Position numbers and translations under genes: made by a program. Below, in pieces: positions 41,496-51,222 of a stretch of DNA of 58,693 nucleotides. Origin of the DNA: Verrucomicrobiales bacterium (lineage in GTDB: Bacteria; Verrucomicrobiota; Verrucomicrobiia; Limisphaerales; UBA1100); assembly GCA_038139415.1 (NCBI GenBank), contig JAYOSV010000001.1, forward strand, positions 35,743 through 94,435, read 5' to 3'. The stretch's first letter is position 1. Each line of letters starts with the position of its first letter. Below the pieces are notes generated by a model. It was not told where the DNA came from and searched no databases. It worked only from the letters and a program-made list of their open reading frames with translations.

Positions 41496-43202
41496 GTGAA
41501 GAAAAATAAATCCAACCGCGAGGAGGAATCGACTGGAGAGATGTCTATTGGGCTGCGCCGGTTTCTGTATTTTACGGCGGCCTGCACAGGCGCGTGTATT
41601 TTGGTGGTCGAAATTTTGGGGGCCAAAATGTTGTCGCCTTTTTTGGGTACATCTCACTTTGTTTGGACGGCGCAAATTGCGGTGACCCTCGTGGCTCTAT
41701 CGGGAGGCTATTATGCGGGCGGTTGGCTGGTGGATCAGTCGCCGAATTTAAACCGTTTGTACTATGGGATTCTGGCGTCGGCGGTTTATCTCGCCGCCAC
41801 GGTGCCGATGGTGAAGCCGCTGTGCCTCAACCTTATGAGCCTGCCCTTAGCATGGGCCACGCTGTTGGCAGCCTTATTTTTGTTTTTGGTGCCGCTGGCT
41901 TTGCTGGCGATGACGGGACCGTTTCTGGTTCGGTTGCTCACGCAATCAATCCAGAATGTGGGGCTCAATGTCGGTCGGTTGTCGGCCATTAGCACCTTGG
42001 GAAGTGTGGCGGGCACGGTATTGATCGGGTACGTGTTGATTCCGCGGTTTCCGAATTCAGTGACCATGCTTATCACGTCGGGCATCTTGATTGCCTTGGC
42101 GGCGGTTTACCTTATTGTATGGGGGCGCGGTGCCGGTGGGAATGTTTTGATGCTAGCGTTGGGGCTTTCTCTGGGTTTTGGCTATAGCGGTTTGCGTGGT
42201 CAGTTTGGTGATACCATGAAGTACAGCGGAGTGAATTGGGAGGTGCTTTACCGGGCGAATTCCAACTACGGCGAACTGCAGGTGATCGAGTATCGCAACG
42301 GCGCGGTGGTGGAACGGCGATACTTGAACGATCAACTGGTGCAGAACACCTATGATCCCACGACTCGACAAAGCCGTTCACTGTTCACCGGCGCATTACG
42401 GTGGCTGGCGCATGCTTACACACCGAAAACCGATCGGGTGCTTTGTATCGGCATGGGGGCCGGCGTGGTGCCGATGCAGTTTGCCACAGAAGGAATTGAG
42501 ACGGATGTGGTGGAAATCAACGGCGCTTCAATTTCAATGGCGGAGGAGTTTTTTGATTTTGATGAGTCTCAGGTCAACCTCACGGTGGGCGATGGACGGC
42601 AGTTCCTGAATCAAACCGATCGTACTTACGATGCCATTTTACTCGATGCGTTTTTGGGCGATTCCTCGCCGAGCCATTTGATGACTCATGAAGCTTTCGT
42701 GGAAATGCGCGCGCATCTCAGTGATCACGGGGCGTTGGTGATCAACAGCTTTGGGGAATCGAACCCGGAACGGCAGTTTTTTTCCTCGTCACTGGATAAG
42801 ACACTGCGCTCTGTGTTTGGTTCGGAACGCGTGATTGTTCATGCCTCGGGTTATGGTAATGTTTTTTTTGTGGCCACCAAAGCGCCGCAATTGAAGGTGC
42901 ATCATTCGCCGGAACCCAATCCAGAAGCAGGCAAGAGCCTGCGGACGGCGGAATCTGAGCGCGATGCCTACGCGGTGTGGAATGAATGGTACGCCGCCGC
43001 GAAGGGGGTGGGGCCATTTTTCTCCGAGCATCCCCAAGTGCAAATGGAGATGGCGCTGATGTGGAAGGGGCGCCGAGAGTTTGACGCCTCACGCGGGCAG
43101 TTGTTGCTGGACGACTTTAATCCGGTGGAGTTCTACGACGCCCGCAATCGCGAAGAGAATCGCCGCGGGTTGATTCATCAAATCGATCCCGGCAATGGCT
43201 GA
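41496..43202 (+). CDS. fused MFS-like membrane domain / spermidine-synthase-like SAM-binding protein
   Basis: about 7 N-terminal TMs; CIGMGAG, VVEIN, GDGR, LLDAF; start may be ATG 41541. Confidence 0.85.
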   Translation: MKKNKSNREEESTGEMSIGLRRFLYFTAACTGACILVVEILGAKMLSPFLGTSHFVWTAQIAVTLVALSGGYYAGGWLVDQSPNLNRLYYGILASAVYLAATVPMVKPLCLNLMSLPLAWATLLAALFLFLVPLALLAMTGPFLVRLLTQSIQNVGLNVGRLSAISTLGSVAGTVLIGYVLIPRFPNSVTMLITSGILIALAAVYLIVWGRGAGGNVLMLALGLSLGFGYSGLRGQFGDTMKYSGVNWEVLYRANSNYGELQVIEYRNGAVVERRYLNDQLVQNTYDPTTRQSRSLFTGALRWLAHAYTPKTDRVLCIGMGAGVVPMQFATEGIETDVVEINGASISMAEEFFDFDESQVNLTVGDGRQFLNQTDRTYDAILLDAFLGDSSPSHLMTHEAFVEMRAHLSDHGALVINSFGESNPERQFFSSSLDKTLRSVFGSERVIVHASGYGNVFFVATKAPQLKVHHSPEPNPEAGKSLRTAESERDAYAVWNEWYAAAKGVGPFFSEHPQVQMEMALMWKGRREFDASRGQLLLDDFNPVEFYDARNREENRRGLIHQIDPGNG

Positions 43203-45744
43203 TTCGGGTTCAGCCTCGTCAGCCAAACCGCCGACGGCCCTGTATGCGCTTACGGTTTTCTGGGGTGCCTTTTTGTTATTTCTGGTGCAACCGTTGATCG
43301 GCAAATACATCCTGCCTTGGTTTGGCGGCACGCCAGGGGTTTGGACGGCTTGCCTATTGTTTTTCCAATGCCTGTTGCTGGCGGGCTATGCCTACGCTCA
43401 TTGCCTGAACCATTTTCTGCCTCCGCGCAAACAGGCCTGGGTACATGGCTGCTTATTGTTATTGGCTGTCTGCACGCTGCCGATTACTCCGAACGAAGCG
43501 CTCAAGCCCGACGGCGGCGGCACGCCGGTATGGGCGATTCTCAAATTACTCGGGTTCAGTCTGGGTATTCCGTATCTGATCCTCTCTTCCACTGGACCAC
43601 TGGTGCAGGCGTGGTTTGCTCGTGCTCATGCGGGGGCTTCGCCGTATCGATTGTATGCGTTGTCCAATGTCGGTTCACTGCTGGCTTTGGTGGCGTATCC
43701 GTTTGTGGTGGAGCCTTGGAGCACACGTACTGAGCAGGTGAATGGTTGGTCTTGGGGTATGGGCTTGTATGCGGTGTTTTGCGGTCTCCTCGTATGGTGT
43801 ATGCGGGATGTGCCAGAGATGGCCTCCGATGAAACAAAAATTGAATCCGCAGCAACTGAAACACGGTTGCGTCGGGCGGGCGTGTGGTTGTGTTGGTTGG
43901 CCTTGCCGGCGTGCGGCACGGCCTTCCTCATGGCCACAACTAACAAGCTTTGCCAGGACGTGGCTGTGGTGCCGTTTCTTTGGGTGCTGCCGTTGGCGTT
44001 GTATTTGATTTCCTTCATCATCAGCTTCGACAGCCCGCGCTGGTATGTGCGCGAGATTTATGTGCCGCTGCTGGTGGTGTGCTGGATCGGGGTGCTATGG
44101 GGGATGGAACAGGGGGTGGATATGGAAATCGTTTTACAGGTGGGGCTTTACAGTGCGGCGTTGTTCGTCAGTTGTATGGTGTGCCATGGGGAACTGTATC
44201 GGTTGCGGCCGGAGCCAGTGCGGTTGACCCAGTATTTTCTTGGGATCGCCGCCGGGGGTGCCTTGGGAGGCTTGGCTGTGGCGGTGTTGGCGCCGCGTTG
44301 GTTTGATGGCTATTGGGAATACCATATCGCATTGTGGGGCACAGGCTTGCTGTATCTGCTGGTGCAATGCGTCAACCGAGAGCCTTGGGCACTGGGTAAA
44401 TGGCATGTGCGCGGTTTGCTCGGGCTTTGCTGGACGGTGGTGTGTATGGCGATGTTGCGCTCGGTTGAATTCTCATTGCCAGCCAAATTCGCCCTGACTT
44501 GGCTGCCGCTGCTCTTCGGTTGGGCGATGGCCCGGTACATCGTGCGAGAATGGTGGTTTGGCCGGCCGTCATCTGAGGGACGGGATTTCAAGGCCGGTGT
44601 TGCCGGGGTGGTGCTGGCAGGGTTGGGCCTGTATTGGGTACTGGAAATGTCTGTCAATTGGGGCAGAATCGCCAGTGCCAGTGGCTGGACGGCCTTGCAG
44701 CCGGGTATCTGGGTGGCGCTTGGGTTAATGACGCTCAATTTATTCGTGTGGCTCAGTATCCGCCAATGGAAAGGGGTCCAAATCGCCTGGGGCTGGCAAT
44801 GGCTGGGCTTAGGACCGGCGTTGGTGGTGGTGTTTGTGGGGTTGTTGAAAGACATCAAGAAATCGGAAGCCGACGCTTTTTATGTGCAGCGCAATTTTTA
44901 TGGCACGCTGAAGATATCGCGTTACAGCGATCTGGGCGGTGAGGTCTATCGTCTACTCTTGAACGGCCATATCACGCATGGGTTTCAGTATGAAAGCGTG
45001 GATTTGTGTAACCGAATCACATCCTATTACACCTACGGCAGTGGCGTGGAGTTGGCCATGCGATACACGCCGGAGAACAACAAACGCGTGGGCGTGGTGG
45101 GCTTGGGGGTAGGTACCTTAGCCGGGTTTGCTGAGTCGGGCGATCGATATTGGATGTATGATATCAACCCGGCGGTGGTGGATTTATCGGCCGATAACGT
45201 GGCCCAGTTTACCTATTGCATCAACGCGCAAGACCGCGGGGCACTCCTGGAGATTGTGCCGGGTGATGCGCGTCTGGCGATGGAGCGGGAATTGCGCACG
45301 GGAAAAAACCGCGAACTGGATGTACTTGTGCTGGATGCGTTCAGCAGTGATTCCATTCCAGTGCACCTGCTCACACTGGAGTCCTTGAAACTCTATGATC
45401 AACATCTCAAACCCGATGGAGTATTGGCCGTTCATATTTCCAATCGCTACCTGAACCTGGAACCGGTGGTAAGTCGATTGGCGGCGGAACTGGATTTTGG
45501 GATGATTAAAGTCGACAGCCTGAGCGGGGAGGATTACGGGCAGGATTGGGTTTACGCCGCCACATGGGTGTTGCTCTCTCGCAATCAGGATTTCCTTAAC
45601 GACGTGGAGGCTAATGCCTGGTTGCGTTCGGACCTTTCTGAGGCCGAGGAACTGCCGTTGTGGACGGATGATTATGCAAGTATTTTCCGAATCATGAACA
45701 AACCGCAATGGTGGCCGGTGTGGCTTGGAGGAAACAATGACTGA
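43195..45744 (+). CDS. fused MFS-like membrane domain / spermidine-synthase-like SAM-binding protein (long type)
   Basis: FLLFLVQPLIGK, PYRLYALSNVGS, CHGEL, VVGLGVGTL, YDINP, GDAR, LDAFSSDSIPVHLLT, WTDDY. Confidence 0.88.
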   Translation: MADSGSASSAKPPTALYALTVFWGAFLLFLVQPLIGKYILPWFGGTPGVWTACLLFFQCLLLAGYAYAHCLNHFLPPRKQAWVHGCLLLLAVCTLPITPNEALKPDGGGTPVWAILKLLGFSLGIPYLILSSTGPLVQAWFARAHAGASPYRLYALSNVGSLLALVAYPFVVEPWSTRTEQVNGWSWGMGLYAVFCGLLVWCMRDVPEMASDETKIESAATETRLRRAGVWLCWLALPACGTAFLMATTNKLCQDVAVVPFLWVLPLALYLISFIISFDSPRWYVREIYVPLLVVCWIGVLWGMEQGVDMEIVLQVGLYSAALFVSCMVCHGELYRLRPEPVRLTQYFLGIAAGGALGGLAVAVLAPRWFDGYWEYHIALWGTGLLYLLVQCVNREPWALGKWHVRGLLGLCWTVVCMAMLRSVEFSLPAKFALTWLPLLFGWAMARYIVREWWFGRPSSEGRDFKAGVAGVVLAGLGLYWVLEMSVNWGRIASASGWTALQPGIWVALGLMTLNLFVWLSIRQWKGVQIAWGWQWLGLGPALVVVFVGLLKDIKKSEADAFYVQRNFYGTLKISRYSDLGGEVYRLLLNGHITHGFQYESVDLCNRITSYYTYGSGVELAMRYTPENNKRVGVVGLGVGTLAGFAESGDRYWMYDINPAVVDLSADNVAQFTYCINAQDRGALLEIVPGDARLAMERELRTGKNRELDVLVLDAFSSDSIPVHLLTLESLKLYDQHLKPDGVLAVHISNRYLNLEPVVSRLAAELDFGMIKVDSLSGEDYGQDWVYAATWVLLSRNQDFLNDVEANAWLRSDLSEAEELPLWTDDYASIFRIMNKPQWWPVWLGGNND

Positions 45745-46519
45745 ACCGGCATGGAGTGGTTTATTTTCCGGCGCGCCATTTGAATTTCGATTCGGCGCTC
45801 GTCCCGGTGATCCGGAGGGGTTTTTTAGGGCATCGTCCGAACACGCAAGTCGTGTCCAGCTACGGCGCGAGATCGTGGGGGAACATCCGGCGCGGCATGT
45901 GTTTCAGGAGCCCGATTCCCGCGATGCTGTCGGGGAACTGATCCGCTGGGCTGGACTGGAGGGGGGCGGATGCCTGGAGTTGGCGCTGCATTGGGAGCAG
46001 GATTTTATGGTGTTGCTGCCGGGGGGCGATGGGCAGGAACGTTTCGTGGCCGGGGCGATTTGTTTCCCGTCCTCCTGGGCGCCGGATGAGAAACTGGGTT
46101 TGCCGGTGCATGCAATTCACGAACCCGTGCCGACCTTAAACGAGCATCTGGGGGCGCGCATTGGGAAATTCCTCGCGGGCATTCGCCCGGGTAAGGCGTG
46201 GGAGCGAGTGAACTGGGGGCTGAGTGGGTCGCCGTGCCTGAACCAGCATTCGGCGCTTCGAATCCCAGCGATTGAGTTGCCGTTGGAATTGAATTCGGTG
46301 TGGGTGCGGCGTGAGGATCAGGTCTTGTTTCGTCTGCCTAAAACGGGTGCACTCATCTTCGGCATCAGCGTGATCAATATCTCCGTGGCCGAGATCGCGG
46401 TCGATCCGGAGGGGAGGTCCGGGCTGCGGCAAGCGTTGGCAACCATGCCGGAGGACATTGCGGGATACAAAAATCTGACGGCCGCACGGGAATCGTTGGT
46501 GGCGTTGCTTACTCCGTGA
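45737..46519 (+). CDS. DUF3445 / heme-dependent oxidative N-demethylase alpha-subunit-like protein
   Basis: EQDF, AICFPSSWAPDEKLG, IHEPVP, ERVNW, VRREDQVLFRLP...IFGI, YK; GGAGG before ATG 45737. Confidence 0.8.
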   Translation: MTEPAWSGLFSGAPFEFRFGARPGDPEGFFRASSEHASRVQLRREIVGEHPARHVFQEPDSRDAVGELIRWAGLEGGGCLELALHWEQDFMVLLPGGDGQERFVAGAICFPSSWAPDEKLGLPVHAIHEPVPTLNEHLGARIGKFLAGIRPGKAWERVNWGLSGSPCLNQHSALRIPAIELPLELNSVWVRREDQVLFRLPKTGALIFGISVINISVAEIAVDPEGRSGLRQALATMPEDIAGYKNLTAARESLVALLTP

Positions 46520-47756
46520 CGTCTTCGGTTAGCGCTTCGCCGTGACGTTCTTCGGGGCGGGAATTGCGTTGGGTTAAGAGTACCAAGCTGGCCACGGCCA
46601 TGAGGGAAAACGACACCCAGGCGAGATGGTGGATGCGAAAGATCTCGATCAGATAAAAGCCTATGAACGGTGCGACACAGCCGCGGACACCGGTGAAAAA
46701 TGTGTGGACGCTCATGTAATCAGCTACGCGGTCGGCCGGTGCGAATTTCGTGACCCACAAGCTCCATGCCACCTCACCGCCGGAGGTGGCAATTCCAAAG
46801 AAGATCGCGCCAATCACAATACCAGTGAGACTGCCGGTGGCGAAGAAGGCGACCGTCGCCACGCCGAAGCAGAGGTTTAGGATCACGCGCAGATCAAAGA
46901 AATTCATGCGATCAAACAGACGCCCCCAAAACGGGCTCAACACCAGTCGCACCAGGCTTGGGATCGTGACGGTGAGGAGCGCCACGCGTTCGGGAGTGTA
47001 ATTTAGGCCGTAGCCGGCAAACCCTCCATCCCGTGCAAGGTAATCGACGCGCAACGGGAACATCATCAGGTTGGCAATGCCAAAACCCATCCAGCAAGCG
47101 AGCGTGAACCGAAAGAGTTTATCTTCACGCACAAAGCGCAGGGACCGAAACGGATGGGTGCCTCCGGAAGCCTGGAGGGGACGGGAAGGGCATTGAGAAA
47201 AACAAAATGAAGCAAAGGCAAATGCCCCGGCGAAGATAAAGATCAGCCATTGAGGGAATATCTCGAGCATGCCTTGGGCGTTCGCATTGAGCGCGCTCCC
47301 GGCGAGGTAGCTAAACACCGCCACACTGGCAATGCGGATCATAGCTGTCCGCGAGAAGAGTTGGCCGCGTCGGGCTTTCGGATAATTTTCCTGATAAATT
47401 TGCGTGGCCAAGGGAATGGCGCCGGCGGATAAGGCGGCTACAAGCATGGCGCCAAATACGAATGCAGTAGCGTTTTGCGCCAAAGCCATGACGAGGTAAC
47501 ATACACTACCGAGACCGGCCAGCACGGCAGCGGCATGAGAGGTGTGCCAACGTCGGTTTTCGACCAGGGAGACGATTAACGGACCGGCCAACAGGCCAAG
47601 GCTTCCGCCCATGGCAATGAGTGCCTTGGCGGTAGCCCCGAATTCAAACCACTTGACCGCGATTAACAGCAAGAAACTGGTGCCAGCCGTTTCCAGCACG
47701 CCAGCGGCAATGGCGCGCAGGCGTTCGTAGCGGTAAGTCAGGGTCGTCCGTTCCAA
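46509..47756 (-). CDS. MFS transporter
   Basis: about 12 hydrophobic helices, YP...RG motif, WGRLFDR loop. Confidence 0.85.
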   Translation of the reverse strand: MERTTLTYRYERLRAIAAGVLETAGTSFLLLIAVKWFEFGATAKALIAMGGSLGLLAGPLIVSLVENRRWHTSHAAAVLAGLGSVCYLVMALAQNATAFVFGAMLVAALSAGAIPLATQIYQENYPKARRGQLFSRTAMIRIASVAVFSYLAGSALNANAQGMLEIFPQWLIFIFAGAFAFASFCFSQCPSRPLQASGGTHPFRSLRFVREDKLFRFTLACWMGFGIANLMMFPLRVDYLARDGGFAGYGLNYTPERVALLTVTIPSLVRLVLSPFWGRLFDRMNFFDLRVILNLCFGVATVAFFATGSLTGIVIGAIFFGIATSGGEVAWSLWVTKFAPADRVADYMSVHTFFTGVRGCVAPFIGFYLIEIFRIHHLAWVSFSLMAVASLVLLTQRNSRPEERHGEALTEDVTE

Positions 47757-47768
47757 GGAACGGGGAGG

Positions 47769-49280
47769 TTACGCGGATGCGCCGACGGAGGCGAGTTCCT
47801 CTTCGCAGTCGACGATTTGTTGGATTTGGGTGAGGAACCAGCGGTCGATTTTGGAGAGCTCGAAGATTTCGTCCACGGTCAGGCCGGCACGGAGGGCGTG
47901 GCGGAGGTAAAAGACGCGTTCGGCGTTGGGGGTGGTAAGTTTCTGGGTGATGAGCTCGCGCGGCAGGATGTCGCGGTCTCCATAGACGGTGTCGCCCACG
48001 CGCCAGCCTTTGCCATCGCCACCGAGGCCGGCACGGCCGATCTCCATGGAGCGCAGGCATTTTTGAAGGCTCTCCTTGAAGGTGCGGCCGATGGCCATGG
48101 CTTCGCCGACGCTTTTCATCTGAGTATTGAGCGTCGGATCGGCCTGTTGAAATTTCTCGAAGGCGAAGCGCGGGATCTTGGTGACAACGTAGTCGATGGT
48201 GGGCTCGAAGCTGGCGGGGGTTTCGCGGGTGATGTCGTTGGGGATCTCGTCGAGGGTGTAGCCGACGGCAAGTTTGGCGGCGATCTTCGCAATTGGAAAT
48301 CCGGTGGCCTTGGAGGCGAGGGCGGAGCTTCGGCTCACGCGCGGGTTCATTTCGATGACGATCATCCGGCCGTTGTCCGGGTTGACGGAGAACTGGATGT
48401 TCGAGCCGCCGGTTTCCACGCCCACAGCGCGGATGATAGCGAAACTCGCGTCGCGCATGATTTGGAACTCCTTGTCCGTGAGCGTCTGGATGGGGGCGAC
48501 GGTGATGCTATCGCCGGTGTGCACGCCCATTGGATCAAAGTTTTCGATGGAGCAAATGATCACGCAATTGTCAGCCTTGTCGCGCATGACCTCCATCTCG
48601 TATTCCTTCCAGCCGATGAGCGATTCCTCGATGAGGATTTCATTGACGGGCGAAAGGTCGATGCCTTTCTTGGTCAGTTCTTCGTACTCATCGCGGTTAT
48701 AGGCGATGCCGCCGCCGGTGCCGCCGAGCGTGTAGGCGGGCCTGATGATGAGGGGAAATTTTCCAATGCGGTCGGCAATGGCCCAAGCATCTTCCATGTT
48801 GTGGGCGATGCCGCTCACGGGCACGTCCAAGCCGATCTCGAGCATCAATTCCTTGAAGCGCTCGCGGTCCTCGCCGCGCTCGATGGCGTCGGCCTTGGCG
48901 CCGATCATTTCCACACCGTGCTTTTCCAAAACGCCGGTTCGGAAAAGCTCCATCGCAGTGTTGAGGCCGGTCTGCCCGCCGAGCGTGGGGAGCAAAGCAA
49001 GCTGACCTTCGGCCCCGAGCGACTTCATCTCGGCCAATTCGCGCACGATAATTTTCTCAACCGCTTCGGGCGTGACCGGCTCGATGTAGGTGCGGTCGGC
49101 AAATTCCGGGTCGGTCATAATCGTGGCTGGATTGGAATTCACCAGCACCACGCGATAGCCCTCCTCCTTGAGCGCCTTACAGGCCTGCGTTCCCGAATAA
49201 TCAAACTCACACGCCTGCCCGATAATAATCGGGCCAGCGCCGATAATCAGAACCGAATGAATGTCGTCTCGTCGCGGCAT
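47769..49280 (-). CDS. carB: carbamoyl-phosphate synthase large subunit, N-terminal half only (503 aa)
   Basis: [71 protein letters not shown] stop early in the oligomerisation domain. Confidence 0.9.
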   Translation of the reverse strand: MPRRDDIHSVLIIGAGPIIIGQACEFDYSGTQACKALKEEGYRVVLVNSNPATIMTDPEFADRTYIEPVTPEAVEKIIVRELAEMKSLGAEGQLALLPTLGGQTGLNTAMELFRTGVLEKHGVEMIGAKADAIERGEDRERFKELMLEIGLDVPVSGIAHNMEDAWAIADRIGKFPLIIRPAYTLGGTGGGIAYNRDEYEELTKKGIDLSPVNEILIEESLIGWKEYEMEVMRDKADNCVIICSIENFDPMGVHTGDSITVAPIQTLTDKEFQIMRDASFAIIRAVGVETGGSNIQFSVNPDNGRMIVIEMNPRVSRSSALASKATGFPIAKIAAKLAVGYTLDEIPNDITRETPASFEPTIDYVVTKIPRFAFEKFQQADPTLNTQMKSVGEAMAIGRTFKESLQKCLRSMEIGRAGLGGDGKGWRVGDTVYGDRDILPRELITQKLTTPNAERVFYLRHALRAGLTVDEIFELSKIDRWFLTQIQQIVDCEEELASVGASA

Positions 49281-49362
49281 GAACCGCGGGAGACTTAACG
49301 GAAAACCGGCCGGCTTGTCATGAGTTTTCTGGAAAAACCCGCCGAATGTTGTTCGCAATCAG

Positions 49363-50379
49363 CTACAAAAGCGATTGCTGCTGGCTGCCGTCGGGGTTCA
49401 GACCCAGTCGTTGGTGGCCCAGATCGGTGGCGGTGCGGCCTTGGGGGGTGCGTTGGAGATAGCCTTCCATGATCAGAAAGGGCTCGTAGACCTCCTCCAG
49501 CGTATCGGCCTCCTCGCCGACGGCGGCGGCGATGGAGTTCACGCCCACGGGGCCGCCGTTGAATTTCACGATGATGGTCTCGAGGATACGCTTGTCCATC
49601 TCGTCGAGGCCGTGGCCATCAATCTCCAGCATGGCGAGCGCAGCGTCGGCAATGGCGTTGGTGATGGTGCCGTCGGCCTTCACTTGAGCATAATCGCGGA
49701 CGCGCCGGAGGAGGTTGTTGGCAATGCGCGGGGTGCCGCGGCTGCGGCGGGCGATTTCGGTTGCGCCTTGTTCGTCGATGTCGACATCCAACAAACCCGC
49801 CGAGCGTGTGACGATGCGGGTCATGTGGTCGGCGGCGTAATAGTTGAGGCGTTCGCGAATGGGAAAGCGCGTGAGGAGTGGCGCGGTGAGCAGTCCGCTG
49901 CGGGTGGTGGCGCCAATCAAAGTAAATCGCGGGAGGTTGAGCCGCACGCTGCGGGCGTTCGGGCCTTGGTCGATGATGATGTCCAGTTGGTAATCTTCCA
50001 TCGCGGGGTAGAGATATTCCTCCACGGTTTTTTGCATGCGATGAATTTCATCGATGAAGAGCACATCGCCTTCCTCGAGGTTGGTGAGCAAGCCCGCGAG
50101 GTCGGCGGCTTTTTCAATAGTTGGCCCGCTGGTGGCGCGCAGGTTGCCGCCCATCGCTTTGGCAATGATGTTGGCCAGAGTGGTCTTGCCCAGTCCGGGC
50201 GGTCCGGAAAGCAGGAGATGATCGATCGGCTCCTTGCGCTGTTGGGCGGCGGTGACGGCAATCTCTAGTCGCTCGCGCACTTTGTCTTGTCCGGAAAATT
50301 GGTCAAACCCCTCCGGCCGCAGCGTCGATTCGAACGCTGCATCGGGGGTGCCCAATTCATCCGTGATCCGCGAGGACAT
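49363..50379 (-). CDS. ruvB: Holliday junction branch migration helicase RuvB
   Basis: [41 protein letters not shown]. Confidence 0.97.
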   Translation of the reverse strand: MSSRITDELGTPDAAFESTLRPEGFDQFSGQDKVRERLEIAVTAAQQRKEPIDHLLLSGPPGLGKTTLANIIAKAMGGNLRATSGPTIEKAADLAGLLTNLEEGDVLFIDEIHRMQKTVEEYLYPAMEDYQLDIIIDQGPNARSVRLNLPRFTLIGATTRSGLLTAPLLTRFPIRERLNYYAADHMTRIVTRSAGLLDVDIDEQGATEIARRSRGTPRIANNLLRRVRDYAQVKADGTITNAIADAALAMLEIDGHGLDEMDKRILETIIVKFNGGPVGVNSIAAAVGEEADTLEEVYEPFLIMEGYLQRTPQGRTATDLGHQRLGLNPDGSQQQSLL

Positions 50380-50473
50380 CTTTGGTAGAGTGGGGGATGA
50401 GAAGAGGAGTCGACAAGGGGATTCCATTAACAGCCTGCCTCGACATTGTATTGCGGCCCGTTATGCTCGCGGC

Positions 50474-51088
50474 GTGAGCGATAAGCCAGATAGCGGGGAG
50501 TTTGAGGATGCGGGGGACTTCGAGGAGTTCGAATACTCACCGAATTACACCGCCGTGCCGGAGGTGTTTCATTCGTTCACGGAGGAGGGGCCGTTTTCCA
50601 AATGCACAATGTGCGACAGAGCCTTGCTGGAGGATGGTACGCCGTATTTGATCCACAAGGCGTTTCATCGCGGTGAGGTGATTTTCGAGTATGCCATGTG
50701 TCTGCCGTGCCGGGCGAAAATGCAGGAAGAGCTTTCGGCCGAATCGCTCGAACGCATCAATGCTTACATGGACCAGTATCACATCGAGGACCGAAGCGAA
50801 TCACTGCTGGTGGAGCACGGCACGGAGGTGGCACCGTGGATTTCACATTGCGTGATCAGCGGCAAACCGATTCAGGGCGAGGACGAGTATCATTACTATG
50901 CCTTTTGCGACGGGCCGGATTTGGTCTTCAATGGCCTGCCCATGGCTCTGGCCGGCGGGGTGGATGAGGAGCTGAACGAGCTGCTCTCCAAACAAACGCG
51001 CGATCGGCTTGATGGGTTTGTGGATGAACAATTCGGTTTGCCACCGGAATTGCGCAAGCCGATCAAGGGCAGCCCGATCCTGATTTAA
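50474..51088 (+). CDS. acidic Cys-motif hypothetical protein (204 aa)
   Basis: GTG 50474 preceded by TATGCT-N6; CTMC, CLPC, CVISG, FCDG motifs. Confidence 0.75.
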   Translation: MSDKPDSGEFEDAGDFEEFEYSPNYTAVPEVFHSFTEEGPFSKCTMCDRALLEDGTPYLIHKAFHRGEVIFEYAMCLPCRAKMQEELSAESLERINAYMDQYHIEDRSESLLVEHGTEVAPWISHCVISGKPIQGEDEYHYYAFCDGPDLVFNGLPMALAGGVDEELNELLSKQTRDRLDGFVDEQFGLPPELRKPIKGSPILI

Positions 51089-51097
51089 GGCCAACCG

Positions 51098-51172
51098 GGA
51101 GGGGCAAGTTCCACTTTGCCCCTAATCATAAAAGTAAATGGCATCATCGGACGAGGGGGAACTCGTTCCTCC
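51098..51172. repeat. inverted doublet of GGAG-type REP-like palindromes
   Basis: GGAG-GGGCAAG-ttccac-TTTGCCC on + and GGAG-GAACGAG-ttcccc-CTCGTCC on -, facing each other about 27 nt apart. Confidence 0.55.
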
Positions 51173-51222
51173 TGAACATTCGCTTGAAGAAACCGGCCTG
51201 TTGAGGCAGTCTAATCACCGGA

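Noticed and set aside
47817..50268. Long plus-strand ORFs 47817-49298 and 49375-50268
   Set aside because: Antisense shadows of carB and ruvB
49363..50379. ruvB without adjacent ruvA/ruvC
   Set aside because: Separation of ruv genes is common and not informative
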